Shown here: in pieces, positions 52,651-64,000 of the stretch
Numbering within the stretch: position 1 is the first letter of the stretch
How the letters are laid out: the number at the start of each line of letters is the position of its first letter
Source: Octopus sinensis
Taxonomy: Eukaryota
DNA: 64,000 bases
Reading direction: 5' to 3'
Assembly: GCF_006345805.1 (NCBI RefSeq)
Contig: NC_042998.1
Location: 44,640,001 to 44,704,000, forward strand
Translations under genes and position numbers: made by a program
The notes under the pieces: generated by a model
Databases searched by the model: none
Told to the model about the DNA's origin: nothing
The model's input: only the letters and a program-made list of their open reading frames with translations

Positions 52651-53549
52651 TTGACATTTCAAATCAATATTCTATTTAGCACAAGTAGTGTCATTGTTAG
52701 TAATAGCAATAGATATACTTTAGCTATCGTAATAAGGAAGTTTATGATTAAAAACACGTTAGCTTTTAGTTCTTGACTCAGGAGAAACAGACTGAGCCAA
52801 TCGCTTTCGCAGGCTCTCCGAGGCCACTGACACTGAGGCCTAAAGTGTCCTCTTCAACCATTCTAAGCTGGTGACAAGGCGGGGAACTTCCAGGGGGCTG
52901 ATGTTCTGCAAAGAAACGAGTGTAATGATTAGTGTGAAGCTCAGCAAGGTTGCATGCAGCAAGGATGTGGAATAGAGAGACAAGTGGATCTGAGAAGAAG
53001 AGAAATAACTAAAAAAGGTTTAGGGAAGAAACTATTGTTGCTATCAATACGAATAATCGTTCGTAATTATAGAAACAATGATACATGGAAAAGTAATTCT
53101 GAATTTACTTGCGCATAGGTTAGCTTGTTGGTGATAATACCAAGGGAGTCAATTGTAGAATATGTGTTTTGCCGCGCGGAAGAAGATAAGTCTAACATTT
53201 CAGTATTTCATCTCTGTCCCATGAGAGGCTCCCCTCGAAACGCAAGAGTTGCTGGTTTACAACATTATATTTTTTTTCTTCTATTTGCATTATTTTTATT
53301 ACAATTTGTTGATGCAAAACATTACTACTTCGTCAGTAATATGGTGTTTCCAAATGTGTGTGCGTGTGTCCGTGTTTGTGTGTGTGTGTAGGATTATATA
53401 GGAGTAACGGTGGTTTTAGGAGAAACCAGGGTGTATAATAAATGGAATATTAGTAAAGTGATCGTAAATGACTGGAACTACAGCAGTAAAAGGGCGGAAA
53501 GTGTAACGGTGGAGGTGATTTGGTGAAAGGAAGAGAAACATTTATCGTT

Positions 53550-53940
53550 TGTGGTGGTGGTGGTGGTGGTGGTGGTGGTGGTGGTGGCGGTTGTGACGAC
53601 GGCGGCAGCGGTGGTGGCGGTGTTGGCATCAATGGTAGCGGTAGCAGTAGCGGGGGTGGTGGCAGTGGCGAAAGCAGCAGCTGCAATGGTTGCAGTAATA
53701 GCTGTGGCGGCGGCGGCAGTGATGGTAATGGTTGTTGTGATGGTGATGGTGATGGTTAGTGCCGGTAGTGGTTGTGATTGTGGTGGTGGCACTTGTAGTG
53801 GTGGGTATGGTGCTGGCATAGGTAGTGGTGTTGGTGTTGTTGGTGGTGGTGTTACTCCTGATGGTGATGGTGATGATGGCACTGGAAATGGTGGTGGTGG
53901 TGGTGGTGGTGGTGGTGGTGGTGGCATTGCTAGTGGTGCT
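53550..53940. repeat. G-rich (GGT/GGC/GCA/GAT)n low-complexity tract
   Basis: Directly visible degenerate trinucleotide repeats. Confidence 0.9.
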
Positions 53941-54364
53941 AGATGAAGCATCATTAGTGCTTGTCTATGTATCGTTAGCATAGCAATAATGTAGGAAATG
54001 ACAACCACCAAAATAGTTCGCTCTGGTGATCACTATTTAAAATGTTCAGCGTTCCAGAAGCCTGGAAATTATTTTTAATCCTCTAATTACCAATCAATGC
54101 TACGATATTTCGTTTGACTGTTGCATTTTCCATTTCATTTTACCTTTCAATTTTCCGTCTTTACATATAATATATAACTAACTTTGCCCCTGATTTTTCA
54201 GTGCATACAAATATACACGCGCTTGCTCACGTGCGCTCGTATGCACGCATTTCAGAGATATAGTCACGTGATTAACTTCTAATTGTTTATTGATTCATTC
54301 GTAAGGTAGTAAATTTACTGCATGTGAGGCGTTGCAATATAATATATAGATGCATATACATACA

Positions 54365-54872
54365 TGTTAGCTTTTGGTGGAAGACCAGCAATTTCGGGAC
54401 GAGGAGTTAAGTTGATTACAACGACCCCAGTTCTCAACTGGTACTTATTATATCGACCCCAAGGGGATGAAAGGCAAATTAAACCTCGGTGGAATTTGAA
54501 CTCAGAACGTGAAGATGCACGAAATGCCGGAAAGCATTTTGACCCACGTGATAACGATTCTTATTTCTTTATTGCCCACAAGGGGCTACACACAGAGGGG
54601 ACAAACAAAGACAAACAAACGGATTACGTCGATTCCATCGACCCCAGTGCGTAACTGCTACTTATTTAATCGACCCTGAAAGGATGAAAGGCAAAGTCGA
54701 CCTCGGCGGAATTTGAACTCAGAACGTAGCCGCAGACGAAATACTGCTAAGCATTTCGCCCGGCGTGCTAACGATTCAGCCAGCTTGCCGCCTTCGAAAT
54801 ACCCTTAAGCATTTCGAAATACCCTTAAGCATTTCGCCCGGCGCACTAACGTTTCTGCCAGCTCGCCGCCTT
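54365..54872 (-). mobile_element. Nested SINE family M stack: extra head, full copy, and older body
   Basis: Head at 54795-54872 with a 20-bp duplication (54795-54814 and 54815-54834), full copy at 54560-54794, older copy at 54365-54559. Confidence 0.85.
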
Positions 54873-54904
54873 ATGCACATATACATATATTACTATGAAC
54901 TCAA

Positions 54905-55340
54905 TTACCACCGCGGTCGACTTTGCTTTTCGGCTTTTCGGGATCGATGAAATAAGTATTAATTGAGCCCTGGGATCAACGTGGTCGACTAACACATTCC
55001 CCTAAAAAAATGCTGGCGGTATTTCTTTCGACTCATTATGTTCTAAGTTCAAATTCTTCTGGTGTCGACTTTCATCCATTTTGAAGACGATAAAATAAAA
55101 TACCAGTTGAGTACAGGGGTGGTGGTCGATGTAATCTATTTCCCCACTCCTATCAAAATTGCTGGCCTTGAGCCAAAATTCAAAAGTTTATTGTTGTTAA
55201 GGCAAGCAAACTGGCAGTATCGTTAGTGCGTTCAGACGAAATTAATTGCGGCAATTCTTTCGGCTTTACGTTCTGAGTTCAAATTCCGCCGAGGTTGACT
55301 TTTCCCTTCCTCCTTTTCAGAGTCGATAAAATGAGGACTA
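54905..55340 (+). mobile_element. Three degraded SINE family M copies
   Basis: Repeated gtcgactttgc/ggatcgatgaaataagta blocks and a head at 55198. Confidence 0.7.
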
Positions 55341-55431
55341 CATTATTATCATCATCATCATCGTCATCGCTTTTGTTATATTTAGTAGATAGATCTAGAA
55401 GCGATTCAAAATCTTCCTAAAATTATCTATT

Positions 55432-55814
55432 CTTTTACTCTTTTAGTTGTTTCAGTCATTTGACTGCGGCCATGCTGGAGCTCACTTTTAGTCGAGTAAA
55501 TCGACCCCAGGACTTATTCTTTATAAGCCTAGTATTTATTCTATCGGTCTCTTTTGCCGAACCGCTAAGTTACGGGGACGTAGACACATCAGCATCGGTT
55601 GTCAAGCAATGTTGGGGAGACAAACACAGACACGATAGATCGTTAGCTACTACACACATTTTTTTCTCTCCTTGTTTTTTTCTGTGTATCTTTCTGTAGA
55701 AGATCGTAGGCTCAAAACGTAAAAGACTTTTTCTATTCCTGAGCGCTATACTAATACATCTGTTTGTTTGTACACCACCTGCATTCGTCTTTTGTTTATT
55801 TTCGTAAACTTTCC

Positions 55815-55852
<38 letters not shown>

Positions 55853-55888
55853 ATATATATATATATATAATATATATATATATATATA

Positions 55889-55933
<45 letters not shown>

Positions 55934-56078
55934 GGCGGGCTTCTTTCAGTTTCCGTCTACCAAATCCACTCACAAGGTTTTAGTAGAAGACACTTGTCCA
56001 AGGTGCCACGCATTGAGACTGAAGACAGAAGCATTTGGTTGGTTAGCAATCTACTTACCACACAGCCACTCCTACGCC
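55432..56078 (-). mobile_element. SINE family O split at its internal microsatellite by a family D element
   Basis: Tail at 55432-55633, head at 55932-56078; the insert and (TA)n lie between them. Confidence 0.85.
55634..55818 (+). mobile_element. Family D short element with hammerhead-like fold at 55690-55725
   Basis: CUUU-CUGUAGA-A-GAUC guag GCUC-AAA-ACGU-A-AAAG. Ends in (TA)n. Confidence 0.65.
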
Positions 56079-57305
56079 TATATACAAAGAAATAATTTAA
56101 TAGTAGTTGTACTTCCTTCGATGCTGCTGCTGTTTTGTTGTTGTTGCTTCTGTCGTTAGTTTGCTCCAAATCAGCCCCGATCGAGCAAATCTCTGAACAA
56201 AAGCATTCAAAGGCAAAGGCATCCATATGGCGTCGTACATTTAAATTCACTTTATTATATGTGTATCACGTTTTAAGATGGTAACCTGTGAAATGAGCTA
56301 CACATTCTCTGTTATTTCTAGCAAGTTGATTTATCATGTGGAACCAACCACACAGATTCGTCAAAAATATGCTTTACAGCATAAAGATTTTTCTTTTTTT
56401 TTTTTTTCAGGCGGTTACCCATCAAAATATTAACTCGGTTACATGTTGCTTATTCAGTCATAAACTGCTGTTTTCAAAATACGACCATAAACTTGATGCT
56501 TTCCATTTTCAGTTTAAGCGAGCATCATAAAAATCTTGTTATACCTATTCCTCATTCGTTCTAACCGAACATTAACATGTTTTGTTTTTTTTATCCACAA
56601 TGAGATATCAATTTAGATCTTGAAATCAGTTCATAGCTACGATGCGCTAAGTGTGTAGAGTTTTACGCCATATTTTATGATTAATATAGTTTCTATGATT
56701 AAACAATTTTTTTGACATACTATCATATTTTCCGCCATAAAATCAAATTTTTCTCACCAATATTTACAGCCAACAAGAGTAGGTCATATAATTTTAATAT
56801 ATATGATGATAATTTTAGAGAAACAAAATTTCTACAGGAAGTGTAGCAGGATTTGGAAAGATAGTAGCAGTGTTTAGATGTTTACACTATATACTACGTT
56901 GATATCTATGCCGGAGAATATGGTATATAGAATTCTTGTATTTCTTATCCGTCAGTTGGTGGGTAATATATTGTCCATGACTCTTTACAGAGTCTCTGGA
57001 TTTGCTGAGAGAGAGGGATGAAGCTAATGGGAAGGAATCCTCAAACTGGAAACCTGGTTGGAATGCTTGCAAAAGAGTGGACTCTGCTAAAGACATTCAA
57101 GTGATGATATTAATCCCATCGACAGATCAAGCGGATTAAGCTTACCAGCCATGTATGCTGTGGAAATGTTTGAAATCAGGACAATGAATTAAAGCAATAA
57201 TACAAAGCATCCGGTCGTTGCTGTGTTAAGACATGGACAGACTGGGCGCTTACTCAGAGGTCCCATAGATCTAATCTGTATATGCTATGGGTATATGCTA
57301 TAGGC

Positions 57306-57630
57306 GTGAAGGCGTGTTGCTTATGGCTTAGGGCATTCAGCTCACGATCGTAAGGACGTGAGTTCGATTCCCGGCCGCATATTGTGTCCTCTCTCAAGAC
57401 ACTTTATTTCGTGTTGCTCCAGTCCACTCAGGTGGCAAAAATGTGTAGTACCTGTATTGCAGAGGGCCAGCCTTGTCACATTTTGTGTCAGGCCGAACCT
57501 CCCAGAGAACTACATGAAGCTGACAAGTGCCTGTGCTCTGCTCAGCCAATTTTCGCGTTAATTTAACGAACGAGTTCTTACGTTGATCCGATTCACTGGA
57601 ACCCTCGTCGTTGTAACCAATGGAGTGCCA
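57306..57630 (+). mobile_element. tRNA-derived CORE-type SINE (family K head, different tail)
   Basis: gtgaaggcgtg...cacgatcgtaaggacgtgagttcgattcccgg head, caagacactttatttcgtgttgctccagtccactcag core, tail ending gtaaccaatggagtgcca. Confidence 0.8.
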
Positions 57631-58960
57631 TGTACTATAGAACTCAGCGCATTGATTTGCTCGCGACCAATGATGCTGCTAAAACGGTCTTGCATCTGGT
57701 CCGATGTTCTTAAAGTTCTGCCAATTCATCTCCCTAGAATCAGGGTCATCTACGCTAGCGTGCAAATCGTAGATGTACACGTAGGCCTAACATGTACACA
57801 CATATCTGCACAGGAAAATTAAAAATTACTGTCGAGTTTAGCATTTATGTAACTTCTTGCGGAAGTTACATAAATGTACTAGCGGAACCCTGGTTGAAAA
57901 CCACTGCCCTAGATAAATATATTGTTATCGATCCCGAATGAAGAGACCGCAAAGTTAAAGTACTGAAAATCGAAACAAATTCTGGAAAGCACTTTATTCT
58001 AAGCCCTAAGAATTCTATCAAATCACTGCCTTATGTTATCAATTGAATTGCTGCCTAATTTTAGTGTTCCTTAAACGTTATAACACTTTATCTCACCTTA
58101 CTGCAGTGAAGGAATGGTCAACCGCCAAGAAATTAAGGCATCATAATATGATTTTCCTGTTTTCTAATAAATAATATATGACAATTTAGTAAGGAAAAAG
58201 TCGAATGTGATTGTTCGAAGTCATAGAGTATACCTTTTAATTTATAAATGACATTAGTCATCTGAAGAATATTCAGCGGATTTGTCATTTATTATTAATG
58301 AGAAAAGCTTTTAGCTTTGTTTCTCTATTACATTATTAAAGTTTCATTATAATTTTGTGTACTAACCACTATATTTTCTATTTAGCGAGATATTTTTATG
58401 ATACGTTCAACTAATTTAAAGTCTGAGTGCATTTGATCTATAGAGTATATTTTAATACGTAGCTTCCTTTTGGGTCTTCTATGATTTGCTTGCATTTTTG
58501 TTATTGACTAACAGTTATCTAATCTTTTATCTTTATATTTTCCTGCTTGTAGTGATAAAACTGAATTATACAAATACAGATGTATATAGGTAAATACATG
58601 AATTATATATATATGTATATATATAAGCAATAATAAATCTCTGAACGAAGTATAAACAGTAGCTGCTTGACAGTGTGAAGTATATTTGCCACATAAATGT
58701 GACTAACCACTAAGGGTGGATGCTACTGTAGCTTGTAGTCCCAGGAGAACATCTTCTCCAGCTGGCTATTGACACACTTTCTGTGCCCTAGCGGTATTTG
58801 CAAAGCGAAGCCATCCTTCCCATCATCGATCTGACGTGATACCCACGGACCCGGGTTTCTAGGTATTTAGCCGTCGTCAGCGCACGACAATCGCCGGTCT
58901 TCGATGCGAAGGGATCCCAATGCAAATACATATATCCTTTTTCCAGTATGTATATATATG

Positions 58961-59060
<100 letters not shown>

Positions 59061-59105
59061 TATATATATATATAATATATATATATATAGATATATATAG
59101 ATATA

Positions 59106-59194
<89 letters not shown>

Positions 59195-59254
59195 ATATAT
59201 TGATAGATAGATGGATATATATATACAGACATATATATATGCTTATACATAAAA

Positions 59255-59439
59255 TGAGAATTTGCACAAAAAAAAGAACAAAAGACGAAGACGGATGTGC
59301 AAGTAACAAACAGATGCATTACTTTAACGTTCGGGAAGTGAGAAAGTCTTTCAGATTTCCAGCCTACGCTCTTCAATAGAAAGGAACACAAAAATAAACA
59401 GGGAGAGAAAATAGAAAAAGGTTTAGTGGCTAACGATCT
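59255..59439 (-). mobile_element. Family D short element with hammerhead-like fold at 59348-59383
   Basis: CUUU-CUAUUGA-A-GAGC guag GCUG-GAA-AUCU-G-AAAG. Flanked by (TA)n on both sides. Confidence 0.6.
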
Positions 59440-59441
59440 AT

Positions 59442-59486
<45 letters not shown>

Positions 59487-60189
59487 AATACTACGAATAC
59501 CAACATACAACAATTGATAAATATCTATATGTGGGTGTGTATGTGTGCGTGTACAAATACTACAAATGCACACACATAATTATATACATATATATATACA
59601 TACATATATATGCATATGGATGTATATGTGTATGCATACATACACATACATATATATGTGAGTATGCGTGTGTATGATTGCATGCGTGTATCAGCACGCG
59701 TTTTGGCGTCTGGGCGTGGGGAGAGTGTAATTTACTAATCACCGGGAGGTACTTTATCAAGAGAAATCCAAATGAAATCAATTTCATTTTACCTAGTATT
59801 TATACACCCACATGACTTTTATCATACCGTATACTCTATAGGAAGTAGTTGAACGTCTCAGATTTAAGATTTCTTTTCTCTGCACAAAACCACTGTATGT
59901 ATGTATGTATGTATGTATGTATGTATGTATGTATGTATGTATGTATGTATGTATGTACGTGTATGTATGCATGTATGTATGTATATATGTATGTCAATGT
60001 TTATGTGTGTTTTTATGTGTGCGTGTGTGCATGTGTGTGTGGAAACATAATAGAATCTTCCGTCGAAGACGACGTACAACCTGCACAGGTGATTTATTTA
60101 TAGTGATTAAATGTTTGTGTTGTACTTTACCTCACTCCCTCCACCAATTCGATATTCCCTGAACAGGTGCAAGGTGTACCACATGTGTT

Positions 60190-60303
60190 ACATGTCAAGT
60201 GATCACAGAACAACGTGAAATGAAGTGTTTTGCTCAAGAACACAACAAACCAGCAAGTCCAAGAACTAAGGCCACGATCTCGCACGGTCGTGAGTGCAAC
60301 ACC

Positions 60304-60305
<2 letters not shown>
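60190..60305 (-). mobile_element. SINE family K head fragment
   Basis: gtgaaatgaagtgttttgctcaagaacacaac matches 12196-12228. Confidence 0.65.
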
Positions 60306-60361
<56 letters not shown>

Positions 60362-60598
60362 CCAAATCAGAAATAAAAACATAAAAGCAGGAACAATAGT
60401 AAGTCAAAAGGCCTTAATCAGTTAATGCGTAGAGAAAGATGGAACCAGAGCTGGGGCGGTCAGGTTTCGAGTATCGCTTTTCGGCAAATAAAGGAAAGAG
60501 TTCAGACAGACAGAGAAAAATAGTGCAAAATCACGTGTTGTTTCATATACATGCATACACACACGCACATACACACACACACACACACACGCACGCAA

Positions 60599-60634
<36 letters not shown>

Positions 60635-60652
60635 TCTTTTGGTTTGTTTGTT

Positions 60653-60895
60653 TTTTCACTTGTTTCAGTCATTTGATGGGGTACCGTCTTTAGTCGAAAT
60701 TTTCGACCCCAGTACTTATTCTTTGTAAGCATAGTGCTTATTCTATCGTTTACTTTTGCCGCACCATTAAGTTCCGGGGACGGTAACACACAACATCGGT
60801 TGTCAGGTGAAGATAGCGGGACAAACACAGACACAAATATATATGTGTGTGTGTGCATGTATGTATATATTACAAACACACACACACACATATAT

Positions 60896-60964
<69 letters not shown>

Positions 60965-61123
60965 TACGGCGGGCTTCTTACAGTTTCCATTTACCAAATC
61001 CATTCACCTGGCTTTGGTCGGTCCGAGGCTATAGAAGAAAGCACTTGCCCTAGGTGCCACGCAGTGGGATTGAGCTCGGAATCATGTGGTTGAGAAGCAA
61101 TCTTCTTACCACACAGTCACGCC
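60653..61123 (-). mobile_element. CORE-type SINE family O
   Basis: Tail, microsatellite linker, core and head are all visible. Confidence 0.85.
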
Positions 61124-61124
61124 T

Positions 61125-61320
61125 TTTATTCTTTTACTTGTTTCAGTCATTTGACTGTAATCATGCTGGAGCACCACCTTAAAGGGTTTTAGTCGAAGAA
61201 ATTCACCCCAAAATTTATTCTTTGTAAGACTTGTACTTATTCTAACGATGTCTTTTGCTGAGCTGCTAGGTTACGGGGAATTAAACACGCCAGCATTGGT
61301 TGTGAAGCGATGGCGACACA
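61125..61320 (-). mobile_element. SINE family O tail half
   Basis: acttgtttcagtcatttgactg...ttacggggaattaaacacgccagcattggttgtgaagcgatg. The matching head half may be 62859-63015. Confidence 0.8.
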
Positions 61321-61489
61321 CACATACACATAAATATATAGATACTAATATAAATTAATCAGAACATGGAGAAATCTTGATCAACAACAATTGACTAACA
61401 TCAATTATTATTTTTTAATATAAAATGTTTTCCCATCTAACAGCCGTTATATATATGTGTGTATACATATGGATGTTTAAATGTATGTA

Positions 61490-62735
61490 TTTGGTTGGCA
61501 ACTAAGTTCACACCGCTTTTTTTTTTATTTAGATTTTTATAAAGGTTTAATAAAAAAAAATAACAACTAATTAATCAATAATGTATTCACCCTTGTTGTT
61601 TACAATTTCTTCCCAACGTTCAACAAGATTTTCAATACCTCGTTGGTAGAAATCATCCGATTTCGACTCGAAAACTTGATCCAACAAAGCTCTCAATTCT
61701 GCATCAGTATTGAACGAAAGTCCACGCATAGCATTTCAAAGACATCGAAAGAGGTGGAAATCCGTTGGTGCCAAATTAGAAGAGTACGGCGTGTGTGGCA
61801 GCACTTTCCAGCCATGCGTTTGAATGACTTCCTTGGTCATATTGGTGATATGAAGGTGAGCGTTGTCGTGTAGCTGAAGAACTCTATGCTGCCGATTAGG
61901 TCTTTTCTCTTGAATAGCCGCGTTGAATCGTTCCATCTATTGAACAGAGAGATCGCCGTTGACCGTTTGGTTCCGTTCATACGCACAACATCGTTTTATG
62001 CGGATGAAGATCTTGTTTCACGCGCGGTGTCGTTTGTTTACCGGGGCTAAGCCATTCCTTACGTTGCTTGATGTACAGGCACCATTTTTCGTCGCCAGTA
62101 ACGATTTGGTACACAAATCGTTGCTTGTGTCCATGACTTGAGCGGTGACGAGCAAGCAAACCAGCGGAGATTGTGGCTCGTTGATTTTTGTTGTCACATA
62201 AAGCATGCGGAACCCATGCTCCATACTTCTGAAGCTTTCCCATCGAGTGAAGATGCTTCTCTATAGCAGTATGGGAGTAGTCCACACTGCCAGTTCTCTT
62301 GTCGATTGACAAGAATTTTGTGCAAAAGTTGGTTTACTCGCCCTTCAACGATTTCAACTGTACGGCCAGAACGAGGTGCGTCTTTGAGGCCAAAATTTCC
62401 ATTTTTGAACTTGGTATACCAATCACGAGCGTTCTTTCAGCTATGGTACCCTCTCCATACCCAACACAAATGTCGCGAGCAGCTTTTGCAGCCTTAGAAC
62501 CTTGATTAAAACCAAAAAGAAGGTGTCGAAAATACTCGTTTTTCTTAACTTGACGTTCCATCCTAATGATCTGAAATTAAACAAAAATTAACTAAAATTA
62601 ACTAGAAAAAGAAAAAGAAAATAGATTCCGAAACGATTCAAAAATAGATTTCTCGAAAAAAACAGATTCCAAAATTGAAAGACACAATAAATTCCAAAAT
62701 TAAAATAAACGGCGGGAACGTAGTTGCCAACCCAA
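61490..62735 (-). mobile_element. Mariner (Tc1/mariner, D,D34D) DNA transposon, 1246 bp
   Basis: TIRs tttggttggcaactaagttc (from 61490) and gaacgtagttgccaacccaa (to 62735), TA on both sides, and a transposase remnant. Confidence 0.92.
61571..62561 (-). pseudogene. Mariner transposase, frameshifted
   Basis: WVPHAL, IVTGDEKW, LHDNAHLH, YSSNLAPTDFHLF with 34 residues between the second and third catalytic D, ending NNKGEYIID*. Split over several ORFs. Confidence 0.9.
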
Positions 62736-62762
62736 TATACATACTTACATGTACATATATAT

Positions 62763-62796
<34 letters not shown>

Positions 62797-62797
62797 A

Positions 62798-62858
<61 letters not shown>

Positions 62859-62859
<1 letters not shown>

Positions 62860-63015
62860 GACAGACGTCTTTTAGTTTCCAACAACCAAATCCAGTCATA
62901 AGTCTTTGATCGACCCGAGGCTATTGTAGAAGAAACTTAATGCAAGATGCCATGCAGCAGGACTGAACCCGGAACCATATGGTTGGGAAGCAAGCTTCTT
63001 ACCACACACCCACAC
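62859..63015 (-). mobile_element. SINE family O head half
   Basis: ggactgaacccggaaccatatggttgggaagcaagcttcttaccacac. Confidence 0.8.
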
Positions 63016-63719
63016 CTTATATTCAAAATTAGGGAATGGGCGATATAAAATCCAGGCCACATATGTTTCATAGCTAGCAACATTTCAGAAGTAGTAATTA
63101 CCCATTCGTGTTTTTCTTTTTTCTTTTTGTATCTTAGTTAAACTATAAATAAATGTAACGAACTGACGCCTTGTTTATGCAATTTTAGATATTTTCTAAT
63201 TGAAACTACTTCCTATCTGAACTTTGAGAAACATGTGTTAGTTGCTTATGTGTACGTCTGTGTGTGTGAGTGTGTGTGCGCGTGTGTGTGTGTGTAAGTT
63301 TATAAGAACAAGAAGAAATTTAATTCAAACATAACTCTTTTATCAAATACAGCAACGCTTTTCTAACTTGGTGCTAATACATTTTCTCTGTTTTTACATT
63401 ATCGAAAGACATGGTGATTGGCCTACATAAATCACAGATGTAGCAATTTCTAATGTTAATTTATCGATTAGTCATGAAATGGACAGAGCACATGAACCGT
63501 TTCAGGAATTACTACAAGGGCAAGGGGAAAATAGTTGTATCCTTATGACTTGCTTAAATGAATGCAACAAAGTAAATTATTCTAGAATCATACAAGAGCC
63601 AGGTTATTGGGCTGTTAAATTACGCAAAAGAGAAATTCTACAAACCAAATAGGCCACTGAGAATATATAGAGTCGGTGGAAAGGCAGTAACACATCGTTT
63701 ACGCCCTTCTAGTGATTCC

Positions 63720-64000
63720 GCCAGTCCACCAGAAAGTCATTTATTTTATTGAACCCCAGAAAGATGAAAAGCAATGTTCGCCGCTACAGGATTGGAAATA
63801 AAACCCAGGAAACCAGAATGAATACTGCAAAGTATTTTGTCTGAGATTCCTAACAACTTAGCCAATTCACCACCTTTACGTCAACTCCATACTTGTTTAG
63901 TACTTTATCTTATCTACACCGAAAGGAACAAAAAACAATAGTAACCACCGCAGAATTTGAACGCTGAATATATAACTATTTCTTTACTACCCACAAAGGG
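63720..64000 (-). mobile_element. Degraded SINE family M copies; another tail starts at the window end
   Basis: gaaccccagaaagatgaaaagcaatg, ccgaaaggaacaaa...gaatttgaacgc, and tatttctttactacccacaaaggg. Confidence 0.6.

Noticed and set aside
53450-54011. Pro/Thr/Ala-rich and Gly-rich ORFs resembling extensin, formin or mucin
   Set aside because: These are degenerate GGT-type trinucleotide repeats, open in several frames on both strands, with no non-repetitive domain or convincing splice sites.

Overview
This is AT-rich eukaryotic DNA saturated with microsatellites and transposon debris. The SINE families and repeat density are consistent with an octopus (coleoid cephalopod) genome, which is an inference from memory and not a database result. 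I found no rRNA, CRISPR array or intact long gene, and most ORFs in the supplied track are translated (TA)n/(CA)n repeats. Supported features are: (1) a Penelope-like retroelement (PLE) at about 9.37-11.94 kb with RT and C-terminal GIY-YIG domains and a ~500-bp near-identical inverted pLTR pair; (2) two further, and possibly a third, PLE foldback insertions at 33.1, 48.3 and 38.1 kb; (3) a TA-flanked D,D34D mariner at 61490-62735; (4) a non-autonomous Helitron; (5) R4/Dong-like and RTE-like LINE fragments; (6) roughly 40 tRNA-derived SINE copies from three families, several in tandem arrays. The most interesting layer is a set of at least five short PLE-pLTR-type families carrying minimal type-I hammerhead-like folds with family-specific core variants. 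One of these families (A) places a tRNA-like Pol III promoter, a (TAA)n spacer and the hammerhead in series directly after the GIY-YIG ORF. One SINE family also shows repeated junctions at the same GGTATTTCG motif inside its own head, suggesting self-targeting. A possible host gene is represented only by hand-spliced small exons on the + strand; the best chain is 14866-14934, 16170-16222 and 18211-18362, encoding an unidentified coiled-coil C-terminus. All alignments and folds were done by eye. Unlabelled element boundaries are approximate.
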